From: Takakia lepidozioides
Taxonomy: Eukaryota; Plantae; Bryophyta
Reading direction: 5' to 3'
Length of the DNA stretch: 64,000 nt
Assembly (NCBI GenBank): GCA_030704615.1
Contig: CM060731.1
Coordinates: 46,376,001 to 46,440,000, forward strand
Shown here: positions 11,848 to 23,900 of the stretch, piece after piece
How positions within the stretch are numbered: the stretch's first letter is position 1
How the letters are laid out: each line of letters opens with the position of its first letter
Notes under the pieces: model-generated
Databases searched by the model: none
What the model was told of the DNA's origin: nothing
What the model saw: the letters and a program-made list of their open reading frames with translations, nothing else
Position numbers and translations under genes: made by a program

Positions 11848-12778
11848 ACTTTGCATGTTAGACTTTGCAGCTTTGTGGTTTTTTTGTAGCGCCGCTGGGT
11901 GGTAGGTGGTGTACACTTGGCAATGCTTAGATTTTGGGTACTCTATGCAGTAATCCAAGCAGGACTTCACGAGTGTGTTCCTCTGTTGGAACGGATCAAT
12001 GAAACATTAAGTTACGTTGTGTTTGAATCGATGTTCCAATTTCAATGGTGTTGTCATGTTTCATTGCTTGTCTACTACCACACAACCTGTTGCCTTGCTT
12101 GGTGTATTAGTTTGTATTTTATTTTTTTCCTTATAGTATTCGAGTATTATGTAAGTTTACCATGGCAGCCTCGACACAGTCATGTATACGACTGCCTCCC
12201 ATCCAAAGACCCTCTCCACGTGGCACTTTCATTGTACCCCACGTGTTTGCCCATACCCGCACCACGTCCGGTATCCAGAGTCCGTCCCTCGAAGTCATAT
12301 GTTCCAGTCGACCACTCCCATTATGCATAAATTGATGCCACGTGTTGTCCTGGGGTTAAACTGCGGAAGTCATACATGCCAGTCTTGGAAGACCCCCTCT
12401 CTTCACCCTGTCGTGCCACGTGTCATGCCCGGTATTGTCCACGTGTTGTCATGGGGTTAATCTGCGAAAGTCGTGTATGCCAATAGTGCAGACCTTGTCG
12501 CCTTCCCTTTGTTGTGACACATGGCATATCCCTTCTGTTCCACGTGAAGCTGACATGGATTCGCAGTCATTTACTACGGTCTTATCAATGACTATGATTA
12601 GGCGTCCATGTTGCCACGTCAACAGTGAGCTCCACGACTGGCAGATACGACTATATGGCGCTTACGACTCATTTGTCACAACTGACTGGGTTTATCTGAC
12701 TGAGCAGTCATGCAGTCATAAAAGGCTGATACGACTGGAAAATAGCAGACGTAAAAGCCGGATTTTCTACTAGTGATA

Positions 12779-12920
12779 GTAGTACCTTCATATTTGTCTT
12801 TTCAGCATGCAGCCATAGTGGATGAAAGCCATCAGTGCTTTGATTCCTTGAGACATGATTATGGTCTCACTACTACAGTGGACTATTTTAGCTTCATGGT
12901 GGACCTTCTTGGCCGTGCAA
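12779..12920 (+). pseudogene. PLS-class PPR pseudogene, 3' continuation after the CACTA insertion (L2-S2 motifs)
   Basis: After removing the element and one TSD: KPN|SSTFIFVFSACSH..VDESHQCFDSLRHDYGLTTTVDYFSFMVDLLGRA. Confidence 0.88.
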
Positions 12921-12935
12921 GGCGATAATGGTTTA

Positions 12936-13771
12936 ACCTGTACTTTGGATGTCTCTAAGGAAATACTGATAGGCTGGCTAGTCCAGCAAGCCAGCAGTTT
13001 GCTGTGGTTGGAGCAACAACCAGGCTGTGATTGTTCCTCACCTTGTTGGGTCTTTTTCAAGAGAGTGAATCTCAAGGAGCTCACTTCCGCTGGCTCTGAA
13101 CTGCACTTGCAATGACTCACCACTCCGCAGTTCTTTCTCTTTCTTTTTCTCCTCTGACTGTAAAATTGTTCATTTCCAAGAACGTAATATTCTTTCATAT
13201 TGGTCTGTGCTGAGCATAAGCCTTTACTCTAAATTTGTTCATATTACTACTTCCCCTTCTTATTCCATGTCGATACATTTCAGTTTCTGTGTCTGACAAT
13301 GCATGTGAGTTTTGGGCTATGACTTAAGCTTTGCTGCATGGGTCCATTCTAGCAAACTGGTATGCCAAGCTAGTGGGGACATAGTTATAAGCCAAGAGTG
13401 TGTTGAAGGATATGAAAGAACCACAACTTACTGGATCCTTGATGGTCACCTCAAGCTGATTGATTGTCAGCAAGAACTGCACTTGGAAGGCCATTCTTGT
13501 TCAACTCCTGGACGATGATCATATAGATGGGGTCCAACTCACTAGATCAAGTTTTTGGTAGCCAGATATAGGAGAGCAAGGCAGCAAGCTCTGTGATTAA
13601 GATGGCCTTAGCTGAAAGGATGGTCCCATTGGGTGAAGCTGCCCCACATGCCTTATAGCCTAAACGTCCATTACTAAAGCCTAAACCTCCCTAACAGCAT
13701 TCTTGCTCACATTGGCTTTCTCTGTGTATCAAACTATTTCTGGCTGATGTTAATAAGCCCATTTAGACTGA
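12936..13771 (-). pseudogene. Decayed partial duplicate of the OFD1-like gene (copy of ~24525-25400 plus ~26767-26835)
   Basis: Direct nucleotide similarity in blocks with internal deletions, e.g. LLKKTQQGEEQSQPGCCSNHSKLLACWTSQPISISLET versus the 24527-24737 exon. Confidence 0.88.
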
Positions 13772-14055
13772 AACAGCGGAAAACAATTGATACAAGTATA
13801 GTGGAAAATGGGCCCAAGAAATAGGCAAAGTTGTCATGGTCCATTTTTCCAATGTTACAGCTGCTCCCTATCATGTACAGGACCTCAATAACCATCTCAT
13901 TTCTAAGTAAAGCATTCTGCTAGTCTTCATCCTCTGTACACGATGGAAAAATAGTCCCTTGATCTGTGTCATTCTTCCTACACTCTAAACTGAGAAGACC
14001 TTGGAACTCATAAATGGAAGGTTGAAAACTACCAGACCCAGGAAAAACTCAATAT

Positions 14056-15099
14056 CTACCCAGCCAATGGATTTGCATGCACGGTCACACGATTCAATCG
14101 AATTTCAGCCAGCGGTCGGTCTCCTGCCCCAGTTGGAGTCTGCAGCCCAACCCAACAAACAATCATACAACTGACTACACAGAGCCGAGAAGTTCCCACT
14201 CCCCTGACAAAGGAAGTTGACCACTTACATAATGCATGGATGGGTCAAAAGAAGTTGCAGAAGGACAAGAAAAATGAACATAATTAAATGTCTCAAGAAA
14301 GAATTGGAGATGAGAGGACTGACCTTCTCCATGACATCAAGGACCTCAAATCCATGAATGACCCGTCCAAAAATGGTGTAGAGCCCATTGAGATGAGGCT
14401 GTTTCGCATATGTTATGAAAAACTGGCTCCCATTTGTGTTTGGCCCACTATTGGCCATTGACAAAATGCCTCTCGCATTGTGCTGCAACAAACCCCCAGA
14501 AGTACCAGAATTGATGTGATCTGACTGAACTGCAAGAAAATCTCTTTCAAAACATTGGCGTAAAAGAGAAGAACCCTACAGAAGTTCACTTACAACTTGT
14601 AAAGAACAAATCTTGGATATTCTCAATTGGAGGGACCGACCTTCAACGGTTCTCGAACCTCATCGTTAAACTTGCGGCCCCAGATGCTGTTGCCGCCACG
14701 CCCAGTATTTGTAGGATCTCCCCCTTGAATCATAAAACTCTTGATGTTCCGATGAAAGGTTGTCCCATCATAGTACCCACTTGCACAGAGAGCTAGAAAA
14801 TTCTACATGCATCAAGAACCCCAATTGATCCTGTCTGATGAGAAGGACCAACACGTCTATATTTGCTATCAGAAATAGACAAAAGAACAATAGACACAGC
14901 GAAAGGAAGACAGGGAAACATACCTCGGCAGCTTTGGGGACCTCATCACAGAAGATTTCACACTTAATCTCTCCCACGTTCGTATGCAAAGTCACTGACT
15001 GCCCATCACATACCCACAACACAAGATTAGCCCCCCATATGAGTGATAGTTAAAGATCTATCCATAAGACAGAAAAAAATATTGAGTATTACTCACCAT
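14056..15099 (-). CDS. CYP18-1: Cyclophilin peptidyl-prolyl isomerase, CYP18-1/PPIL3 type, 160 aa
   Basis: Exons 15097-15099 (ATG only), 14924-14998, 14641-14802, 14324-14482, 14056-14139, all GT-AG. Protein [57 protein letters not shown]...[18 protein letters not shown]...[10 protein letters not shown]. Confidence 0.95.
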
Positions 15100-15420
15100 A
15101 CTGATCGTAGCTCAGGAGAAGGGTTCTAGAGACAGATTGGCCTGCAGACTCGCAGTAGGAGATGAAGATCCTCCGTCCTCATTCAACCTCAAATCGCAAG
15201 AGAATTCTTGCAAATCTGAGACGTGCTTTGACATGAACAAGTTAGGTTTTGGGTTTAAGGGCGATCTTGGTCCATCTAACCCTAAAAGTTTCCAGAAAAC
15301 AAGCCAGGGCCACTTACTTATGGATTTTATTTCCAAGGGCCTTGGAAATGAAACCCCCTTTCAGAGCCATGAAGCAACAACACAATCCTCCAAAACCTCG
15401 AGAGGTCCTTCCATACTACC

Positions 15421-16620
15421 TCACATTACATGCTGGATTCAACAAGCAACATGACTACCTCCTCAATGAATGGAGCTGTCATGCTGGTGGCGGCAAACGA
15501 TCATGTGTCACAGAAGGCGAATGCAATGGGACCGGGATAAGGATAGTCTTGGCAATTGTAATTGACAATCAGCAAACGCGGTAAGCTTAAGATCCATAGT
15601 GACTAGCAAAGATAGGACTCTATGGAGTTGTGACATGAGAAGTAACGTGCCATAAAATCTGATGAGTGTATATGAGTACAATAAAAAGCCTAACAAGTAT
15701 CAGTTCCGCTACAATCCCTCATCTCACTCTCACGCATGGGCTGTGCTGCACAAATTGTCGGTAACGTCAGATTTGATGACAACAGCAAATTTCCCTTCAA
15801 AATTGGAGGATTGTTCCCTCTTTCCAGCATCCAAGTTGAGTCTAGCAACTGAATTGTTCTCAAAAATTAATTTTACAAATGTGGGGTGTGTTGTGTGTTC
15901 CCCAGTGTTGCATATATACTGTTGACACATCCAAGGATAATTGAATCCGTGTACATGAGAACCATTGCATGCTCATGCTCCACATGCCTGTCACTAAAGT
16001 TGCCATCGCTTTGAGCCTGCTTTAAGACTATCAAGTATTCCAGAACACAGCATTAAATCTCTCACATAAATCTCTTACAGAATCAGTCAAATTTGAATTG
16101 TACTGTTATGATTGTGGTGGCTGGTTGGTGGGGACCCCACTTTTCTATCCGTTTCTTGTTTCCTGTTGTCCCACAAGCCCCTTGAGCTTCCCATGGTCTT
16201 TTTCTAATTCTGCAGAAGGATAGAAGAAGGGAAGTAGGATTGATTTAATGGGTACTTTGAATGTCTCCAAGGAAATACTGAAAGGCTGGCTAGTTTCTGT
16301 GGTTGGAGCAACAACCAGGCTATGATTGTTCCTCACCTTGCCGGATCTTTTTCAAGAGAGTGACAGCCTCCAGGAGCTCAATTTCAATTGCAATGACTCA
16401 CCACTCCGCACTGCATTCTCTTTCTCCTCAAGCTGAAATGTGCCGAGGTCCACCAAAGATATTCAACGTATTTAGTCATGTTTCTGTTCTTACATACCCG
16501 TCCAACTATTCATAAAGATACAATGAAGGCACACATAAGCCATGTTTGATGAACATGCTCCCCAAAACCTCTGTTGGAGGCACCTTCGGAGTCGGGAGTA
16601 AAACTAAAACCGGGATGATC
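15421..16620 (-). pseudogene. Second decayed partial duplicate of the OFD1-like 3' region (copy of ~18470-19300 joined to ~24490-24905)
   Basis: Block-wise nucleotide similarity: 15421-16069 to 18471-19300, 16075-16089 to 24490-24504, 16253-16620 to 24530-24905. Confidence 0.88.
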
Positions 16621-17032
16621 CTGGGAAAATGACACGCTGGCTGCGCTTCCGGATGGGGATTTCCGGCACGCTGGGCTGTCAGGGATAAGGCGCACGCATT
16701 TGGCAAACCCTGACCTCAACTTCTTGGTCTTCTTAGTCCACCGCAAATTAGGTTCCTTATCTTGAGCTTGCTGCTAGTATGACAGCTTTGGAGCTTTGAA
16801 CAGATGGTAGTGTTTGAGTGGAGGCATTTGACACTGCCAATACAGCGTCTCAAGGCCACATTCTTGAGGTTTGAGCAGGGTTTTTCTCTGTAAGAATCTG
16901 GGAAATGGGTTGTCCCACTGTGGGTTCCCTGTGATATGCCTCGACCCGGCCTTTTCTTTGACGTTTCTTCGTCTTGCACGGGAGGATTCGCACTTCAATG
17001 ATAGACTTCAAGCTGTAAGTTTGATCGGCCCC

Positions 17033-17773
17033 ATGGCGAGTTACATGTCGGTGAGGTGTATGCAACCATGGTCAACAGGTCTCGACAAGGTTGGGTTGTC
17101 TTCAGTGGTTGCCCCGAAAGAGATCTTGGGTGAATCCTGTCTACGCTTTTCCAGCTTGACATGTTCTTCACCAAAATCTCAAGCAGCAACGAGTCGTCGG
17201 CATCGGCTGGCCCCGGTGAGCGCATTGCCCGATTTGGGAACAGTCGCGCTGGGTGCTACAGCTTTCGGGATGTTGGCATACTCTATAGTTGCCCTCAAGT
17301 CAGGCATCTCATATGCGCCAGAGGACGAGAAAGTTAAAAAGACGCTTAGCTTCTTCGTCCATGACATTCGCACGGGGCCGGAGCCCTGTTCACTTCTTTC
17401 AGCTGGCACTGGGAATGGAGATTTAAGTAAGCTCGCATTTGGGAGCTCTCTTGTGTTTGACAATGAAGTCCGCGAGGGGCCTCTCCGGGACAGCTCGCTT
17501 TTGGGCAGAGAGAGGGGTTATGGTATCGTTACCGACTTGCAAGGGAAGGAAGGACTCCAGCTGGTTTGTAAGATCACTTTCAATGAGAAGTCCAAGTATA
17601 ATGGAACTCTCACTTTCGTGGGCAATGTGGCTGGTCCCGAACCTATCTCTGAGCTTCTGGTGATGGGGGGCACCGGAGATTTCCGGGGTGTGCGAGGCTA
17701 TGCTCTGGTTGAGACTGCCACACCAAATCCACCAGATTTTCTCTTCTACTGGAATGTCTACTTGACCGATTAG
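17033..17773 (+). CDS. Dirigent-domain protein with transit-peptide-like N-terminus and hydrophobic helix, intronless, 246 aa
   Basis: LSFFVHD, FGSSLVFDNEVREGP..SSLLGRERGYG, YNGTLTFVG, ELLVMGGTGDFRGVRGYA are dirigent motifs I-V. First ATG in frame is at 17033; the ORF track start at 16871 is a TTG. Confidence 0.9.
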   Translation: MASYMSVRCMQPWSTGLDKVGLSSVVAPKEILGESCLRFSSLTCSSPKSQAATSRRHRLAPVSALPDLGTVALGATAFGMLAYSIVALKSGISYAPEDEKVKKTLSFFVHDIRTGPEPCSLLSAGTGNGDLSKLAFGSSLVFDNEVREGPLRDSSLLGRERGYGIVTDLQGKEGLQLVCKITFNEKSKYNGTLTFVGNVAGPEPISELLVMGGTGDFRGVRGYALVETATPNPPDFLFYWNVYLTD

Positions 17774-17988
17774 TACAGCTTCGAACAGATTTGATACCTT
17801 TAGATTTTCTTCCATCTCAGCTGGCCGGTACGTTTATCCTTCTTTCTATTCCCAAGCCATACTGTCGATTGAGGTTCCTGTGCTCTACATAGACAAAAGA
17901 CTGTGCCAGAATGCGCTCTGATCGTTGTTCCACTTTCAAAGTAGGTGTGGTTAGCCAACAATGGAGCAAAGGTTCCTCTCAAGGGATT

Positions 17989-20900
17989 CTATTTTGTCTT
18001 TGACCCAGCAGCGTGCATGTACTTGCTGAGTATATGCTTGGCAACATGCTCTTGCACCTGACTTTCCTCCTATTCAATTGGGCAATCCGTGGAGGAGGAA
18101 ATTCAGGTCAGAATGATGAAGATGCCCTCCCATAGCAATGTTAAAGGAGTTGAGCAGAGATAGGAAGAGATTACTGGGAGAAAGGAGCGGCTGGGGAGAG
18201 TTGACATCTCTCTTTGCTGACCCTACAAAGAGTGCATCTTTGTGGCCTCACAAAGCTTTGTGGAATTTTCTCCTTCCTTCCTTCCTTTCTTCCTAAGAGT
18301 AGGCAGTCATTTTCCGCAATTCATGTTACAGGAAGAGTCCCAGTGGCATGTTGTTCAGACTGTGGGATAAAGTAACAAGATTGGTTTGCTTGGTCCATGA
18401 TAATTTCGGCAGCGCAGCATATGCCCCAGGCATCATCCTTGTGCTCCCTACGCACACCACAGATCCCAATTCACATTCTCCTCCATGCTGGATTCAACAA
18501 GCTACATAACTACCTCCTCAATGAATGGAGCTTGGCAGCAAGTGATCATGTGTCAAAGAAGGCGCAGGCAAAGGGGCCGGTATCAGGATAGACTTTGGCA
18601 ATTGTAATTGACAATCAGCAAACGCTGTAAGCTTAAGATCCATGAAGTGACTAGCAAAGACAGGTATCTATGGAGTTGTGACATGAGAAGTAACACGCCA
18701 TAAAATCTGATAGTATAAGTATATGAGTACAATAAAAAGCCTAACAAGTATCAGTTCCGCTAAAATCCGAGTCATCTCACTCTCAAGAATCGGCTGTGCT
18801 GTACTAATTGTAGGTAACAGCAGATTTGATGACTACAACAACTTCTCCTTCAAAATTGGAGGTTTGGTTCCCTCTTACCACAATCCAAGTTGAGTCTAGC
18901 AACATCGCAGTTGTACACTCTCAACTGAATTGTTCTGAAAAAATTAATTTACAAATGTAGGGTGGGTTCCCCAGTTCATATGTACTGTGGAAAAATCCAA
19001 GGATTATTGAATCCATGTACATGAGAACCATTGCATGCTCATGCTCCACATGCAGAATGTAGGGTGGTCCTTGCATTGCTAAAGTTCCCATCTCTTTGAG
19101 CCTGCTTAAGACATCCACATTGAATTATATATCAACATTTTGTTACACATTGTTTTAAGTTGTATGCTATGACAAGGTTTGACAAGAACATTTTGTGCAC
19201 TTAAGATGTATAAGACAATGCATTTTACTGGCTTACAAGCGTTACAGAATCTATATTGTGCATCAACAATTCCAGAACACAACATAAATCTGTCACATAA
19301 AATTGGGTATTGTTTGACCTAGGCATTGAACAATGTGCGATCATGCCCTTTCGATTGAGTCAATAAAAATGCCTTGAATGCATTTCTTTGATAATGATAT
19401 GACTTGAACAACATGAGACTGAAAAAGTCATAACTTGCATGTGCGATAAAAATGCTCTGACACACAAAGTAACCATGTACTTCAGGTAGTCAGATTGCTC
19501 ACCACTGGATTTGCTTGTATCACTTTCAGGAGCGCTGAACACATCATTGTAGTCAAGGGGATCCTCAGCATTGAGTCCCGATCCACAATCATCAAACCAA
19601 GCAATTGGGTCCCCAACAGTGTCCTCTGCAGGGCTGTAGCTGCCTTGTTCAGATTTCACACCCGACTCCACAGCTGGTTCCTCCGAAGGACTTCTTTCCC
19701 TACCTGTGCCCACCATAGCAGCTCTTGGAGAGGCTGGTTCGTGGGAAGGAGTGGCAACACCCGGGGTCCTGACACTGGGTGCTCGCAACATAGAGTTAGA
19801 GCAACTCTCCTCTGAGTAGGCCATATCGTCTCCAGCTGCTTCTTCAGTAGCAGGGGCTTGCTCGAAACTGCAAGCTATGTAGTTTGAATCCTTGGAGCTG
19901 GACCTTGACACAACTGCTTTGCTGATTGTCTGTCTTGACCCCCCATCTCTGTGTGCTGCATTTTCTGGCGACTTGACTGGGCCTAACCCACTACCATGGC
20001 TTCCAGATTTTCTGCTTAATTTGCATTGCGTCACACTCCTATCAGAAAGCTTTGACAATGTTGTTCTGTCGCTTAGAGTGTCCCGTCTGTCACTTTTCCG
20101 GATGCCTGCAGCCTGTGGGCCTTCTTCTGAGTTTCTCTGCCTGCTGCCACATGAAGTCTGTCCAAACGTCGAATCGTTATCTTTCCACTTTTCTGGGGTG
20201 TCCCCGTGCCCAGTTTGCATAAATCTGCTCTCAAATGTCTCAAATACACGTGTCTCTGGGTCATGATGCAGTGACTGCTCAGACTTGGAATGGCTCTCCT
20301 TTTCTTCGTCCCATGACCTCTTTGGCCGGCTTTGGATCACCCCCTCCGATTCCCCCATGCACATGGATTGTCCACGTCTCCCTTGCCTGAATCTCTCTCG
20401 CAAACTCGTTTCATGCATACTAAGCAGCTCACTGAGTTCTCGCAGTGGTCCCCCCGTCAGGCTTGTAATTCCCAAGCTACTCCGTGACGGTAATGTAGTA
20501 ACCTGTTTCTCTTGATTTGATGCACTGAGTGACTTCCTACTTGTTACTTCCTCGTTCTCTTTCTCGTGCTTACTTACCTCACCCATGATGCGTGGCTCTT
20601 GCATCATTCTCAATTTTGTCATTGTTGCAGAGTCAAAGTCCCCTTTCGGCACATCAACTTCATCCACAAAGCAGCCAGGATCTTTTCCAAGCTGACCAAG
20701 GAGTTCATTGAGCTCTTGCATTGGACTCCTCTCTCTACTTGCAGTTTCTCCACCACTCTGCAACAACTGCATAGAAACTTGTCTCTCTTGCTCTATTGTT
20801 GATGAGCTCAGTGATTTCTTGTGCGTGACTTCATCTTCTACTTTCTCGTGCCCACCTACCTCACCAACAATACATATCTCCCGCAAGCCTCGCTCTACAG

Positions 20901-23900
20901 CCATTATAGCGCGGTGACTGTCTTGTAATGATGCGTCAATTTCTTTCACAAAGCCACCGAGATTTTGTTCAAGTTGCAGCTGAGCATGCTTATGGCCCTG
21001 GCCTTCCATATCAAATGCCCTTGTGATTGTCCCTATCTTAATTGGCCCATCTGTGTCTGCATCTTCGTAATCCACTTTCTCTATGTCCCCTTCAGCCAAG
21101 TTTGTGCCCTCTACAGAGTTCTCTGCTGACACTACGTGCCGCCCCAGCTCGATTGTCTCTCTTTTGTAGTCTGAAAGTGAATGGAGTTTATGTGGAGTGA
21201 CAGCACTCGGACGCTCCTCAATCTTTTCATCAAATACGGATGGTGATGCCAATCCAGAATCTCCCTCCTTGGTGCTGATTTTGGGTAGTAACCTTCCCTC
21301 ATGAGATGTTTTCCGCCTTGAGGTCAAATCGGATTCAAAATCTTGCTCTTTGGTCTGTGTACTTTCTGACACTGACTCCCTGCTTGAAGAGGGTTTCACA
21401 GAAAATTTTCCTTCCTGAGACTTGGCCTGCATGAGGGAAACTTGCGTCTCAACAGGTACTCCTTGAGTATTTTCAGGCTCCCCATACCCTACCCTGCTTG
21501 AGGCCACCTTTGATTCCTCAAAATTGCAGTCCTCTGGTGTGCCCCTGTACTTGACTTGGACTTCACCTGCTGATCGGAGAGTGGATTCCACTTCCCTTTG
21601 CCTATATCCCTCTCTTGTACTTGAGGTATCTGAATATGATGGAGAGTGTGGAAATTTAACAGTGTTGCTGGGCCAATCACCTCGAGATGAGCTCATGCTC
21701 CCCTTGCCCCCCTTGCCCATCTCAGGAGAGCCTGGTCTATCGCTAACAGCATCTCTTGAAGAAATACATACCCTGGTGGACATGTTTGACATTCTACCAC
21801 CTTCTTCCTTCCAACCTGACTCATGCTTCAGATGGGTGAGTGACTTTATGTTGTCTTCAGGCAATTGTATGTTGGATGGCTCACTCTCCGGACCTGCCAT
21901 TGGTTTGGTGCCAGGTGTGGCCAAGTCGCCCACATTTGTTGTCTCATTGATAGAGACAGAGTGGCTCAAATTCCTTTCTTGTTCATGAATGGTCGTGCTG
22001 GTACTATCGTGCAACCCCCAAAAGTGGGCACTGGGACCTATCCAACAGCATCCAAATGACACAGTGATGAAGTCTCCGTCCATTACAAAGATCGAATGAT
22101 GTAAGCACTTCTGCTTGACATTGTTTCTAATGGTAATAGTGTTGCTTAGCAAAATTACAAACTTCTTAAATGGATTCTCCCAATAGACACAGTTAAGTTG
22201 GGATGAGGGAGCAGCACATGTACTGTGAGCAACGTATTCAACTTTGAGAGATTGACATCTGCAGAATAATATCTGACCTATAAAGAAGGGCTTTTGAAAC
22301 ATGGTGGAGAGTGATGGGTTATTGTAGGAAATTTGGTCACCTTTGCAAAGAAGCTGTGACCAGATGTCATCTATTTCAGGCTTGATCTGATCCTGCTGCA
22401 TCCACTCGAACAAGATGCATTTCATAGGTTAGTCAGGGCTGGAGAGATATATACAGGGACTTCAATGCTCACAGAGACACCACAGGAGTTTTTGGTTTGC
22501 CTGACTGAGCTGACATAGACCAGCAACTCAATTGCAGAAGGACTTGGAAAATTGTTCTGCTAAACAAAAGCATATGATTTCTATGGTTTTGACATGTGTG
22601 AACACTTCAAAACGAGTTGTTTGAAACCCAGATAAAGGTCTTTAGCTCTGAAAGAGATCTTCTCCCTTGTTTCATCTAACATCTTAGTTTTGACCACGCA
22701 AATTTGAACGCAAGCAGCTTAAAAGGTCACACTTGTTCCCATCGACAGGACTGACTCCTTTTAACCCAAACTTGCAAGCTTCCCAGATCCTTGCACATAG
22801 GTGACCCCCAGTGACCCCCAGTGACTCTACCAGTGAACAGCCAGACACCTACAAAGACAGACCTTGGTTTTGGACATGGCGAGATTGCTTTGCTTTGATA
22901 GGGCATCATATTTTTTCAGACTGTCTTTCTGCCTTGATAAGCCATGATTCGCAAGATAAATAGCGGGGTTTCTAATTAATGGCTCCAAACCCATCCTTAA
23001 AAGGGCTCACAAAATGAGTGGAGACAGAAAGCCTCAAACTGGTGGGAAGGCTCACATAGGTGTGTGGTTTTTGCAGTTTCTTTCCAACTTCATCAGTGAA
23101 CACTATCCTGGGCCCTCGCATTGGCACCTGGAACACCCCACAAACAAGATTACTAACTACACACAAAAGTTTGAAAACCTGTTACACTCTTGAAATAACA
23201 TCTGAAGCTCACTGTGTCATAACCTGACTTCTATGAGGGGTGCTTTCTCTGGGAATCTGGATCAGTGTGGAAGATCTAATAAACCTAACATGAAATTTCA
23301 GGGTTATCACCTTCTTTGTACTGCTTGCACCTTTCCCACTAATTGGTTTGTCATTTCCTTTAGTGGTGTTCACAAGTGGCACTTGTCGCAGTTTTTGACA
23401 AAATTCCCAAATTAAGTACCTCATTAAAGCATTCCAGTGCCTCCCACTTTTCTCCTGGAAACAAGGGCACATCGTTGGGCCTCAGAGGGACTTCAGTCTT
23501 GCCCCCAAAGTCACTTTGTGGAGCATCTTGCTGATGAGGATTTGAACTCTCATAATTGAATCTGTGCTCCAGCAATTTTCAGACAGAATTTAAAGCACGT
23601 AATTGGCTTTGCAATGACCACAACTGCAAGAATTTATGTAACCTGGCAATGTCGGGGCCCTATGCATGAACTTTGTGCGAGTGGGCTGTTGTTCTTCTTA
23701 CTAAGACATCCCCTAACATAAATAGGAAAGGAATGACTAGCCAGTGCGAAGACGACGACCTCATGTTACTAAACTTCTGTAACCTTGTGGCCACAGACAG
23801 AGACGAAGCAGAAATTAATAATGTCTGGTGGTGGCCTGCAGGGCCTATTCAACCAAGAAATCTTCAAACAACATTTCCCAATTCCAAAGTCTCGAAGCTC

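Larger units (their letters stand above)
6612..12775. mobile_element. Non-autonomous Pack-type CACTA (En/Spm) DNA transposon, 6164 bp
   Basis: Left end CACTACAACAGATCCTGGCTTTAACGTCTGC. Right end reverse complement CACTAGTAGAAAATCCGGCTTTTACGTCTGC. 3-bp TSD ATA at 6609-6611 and 12776-12778. ACGACT-type subterminal repeats. The PPR frame resumes when the element is removed. No transposase seen. Confidence 0.9.

Noticed and set aside
18560-19120. Possible decayed coding sequence in an OFD1 3' intron (also in the 15421 duplicate)
   Set aside because: No continuous frame or recognisable motif in either copy.
19360-22425. 1021-aa ORF as a stand-alone gene
   Set aside because: Both ends read like intron sequence, with splice sites at ~22037 and ~19474. 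Best explained as a large OFD1-like exon.
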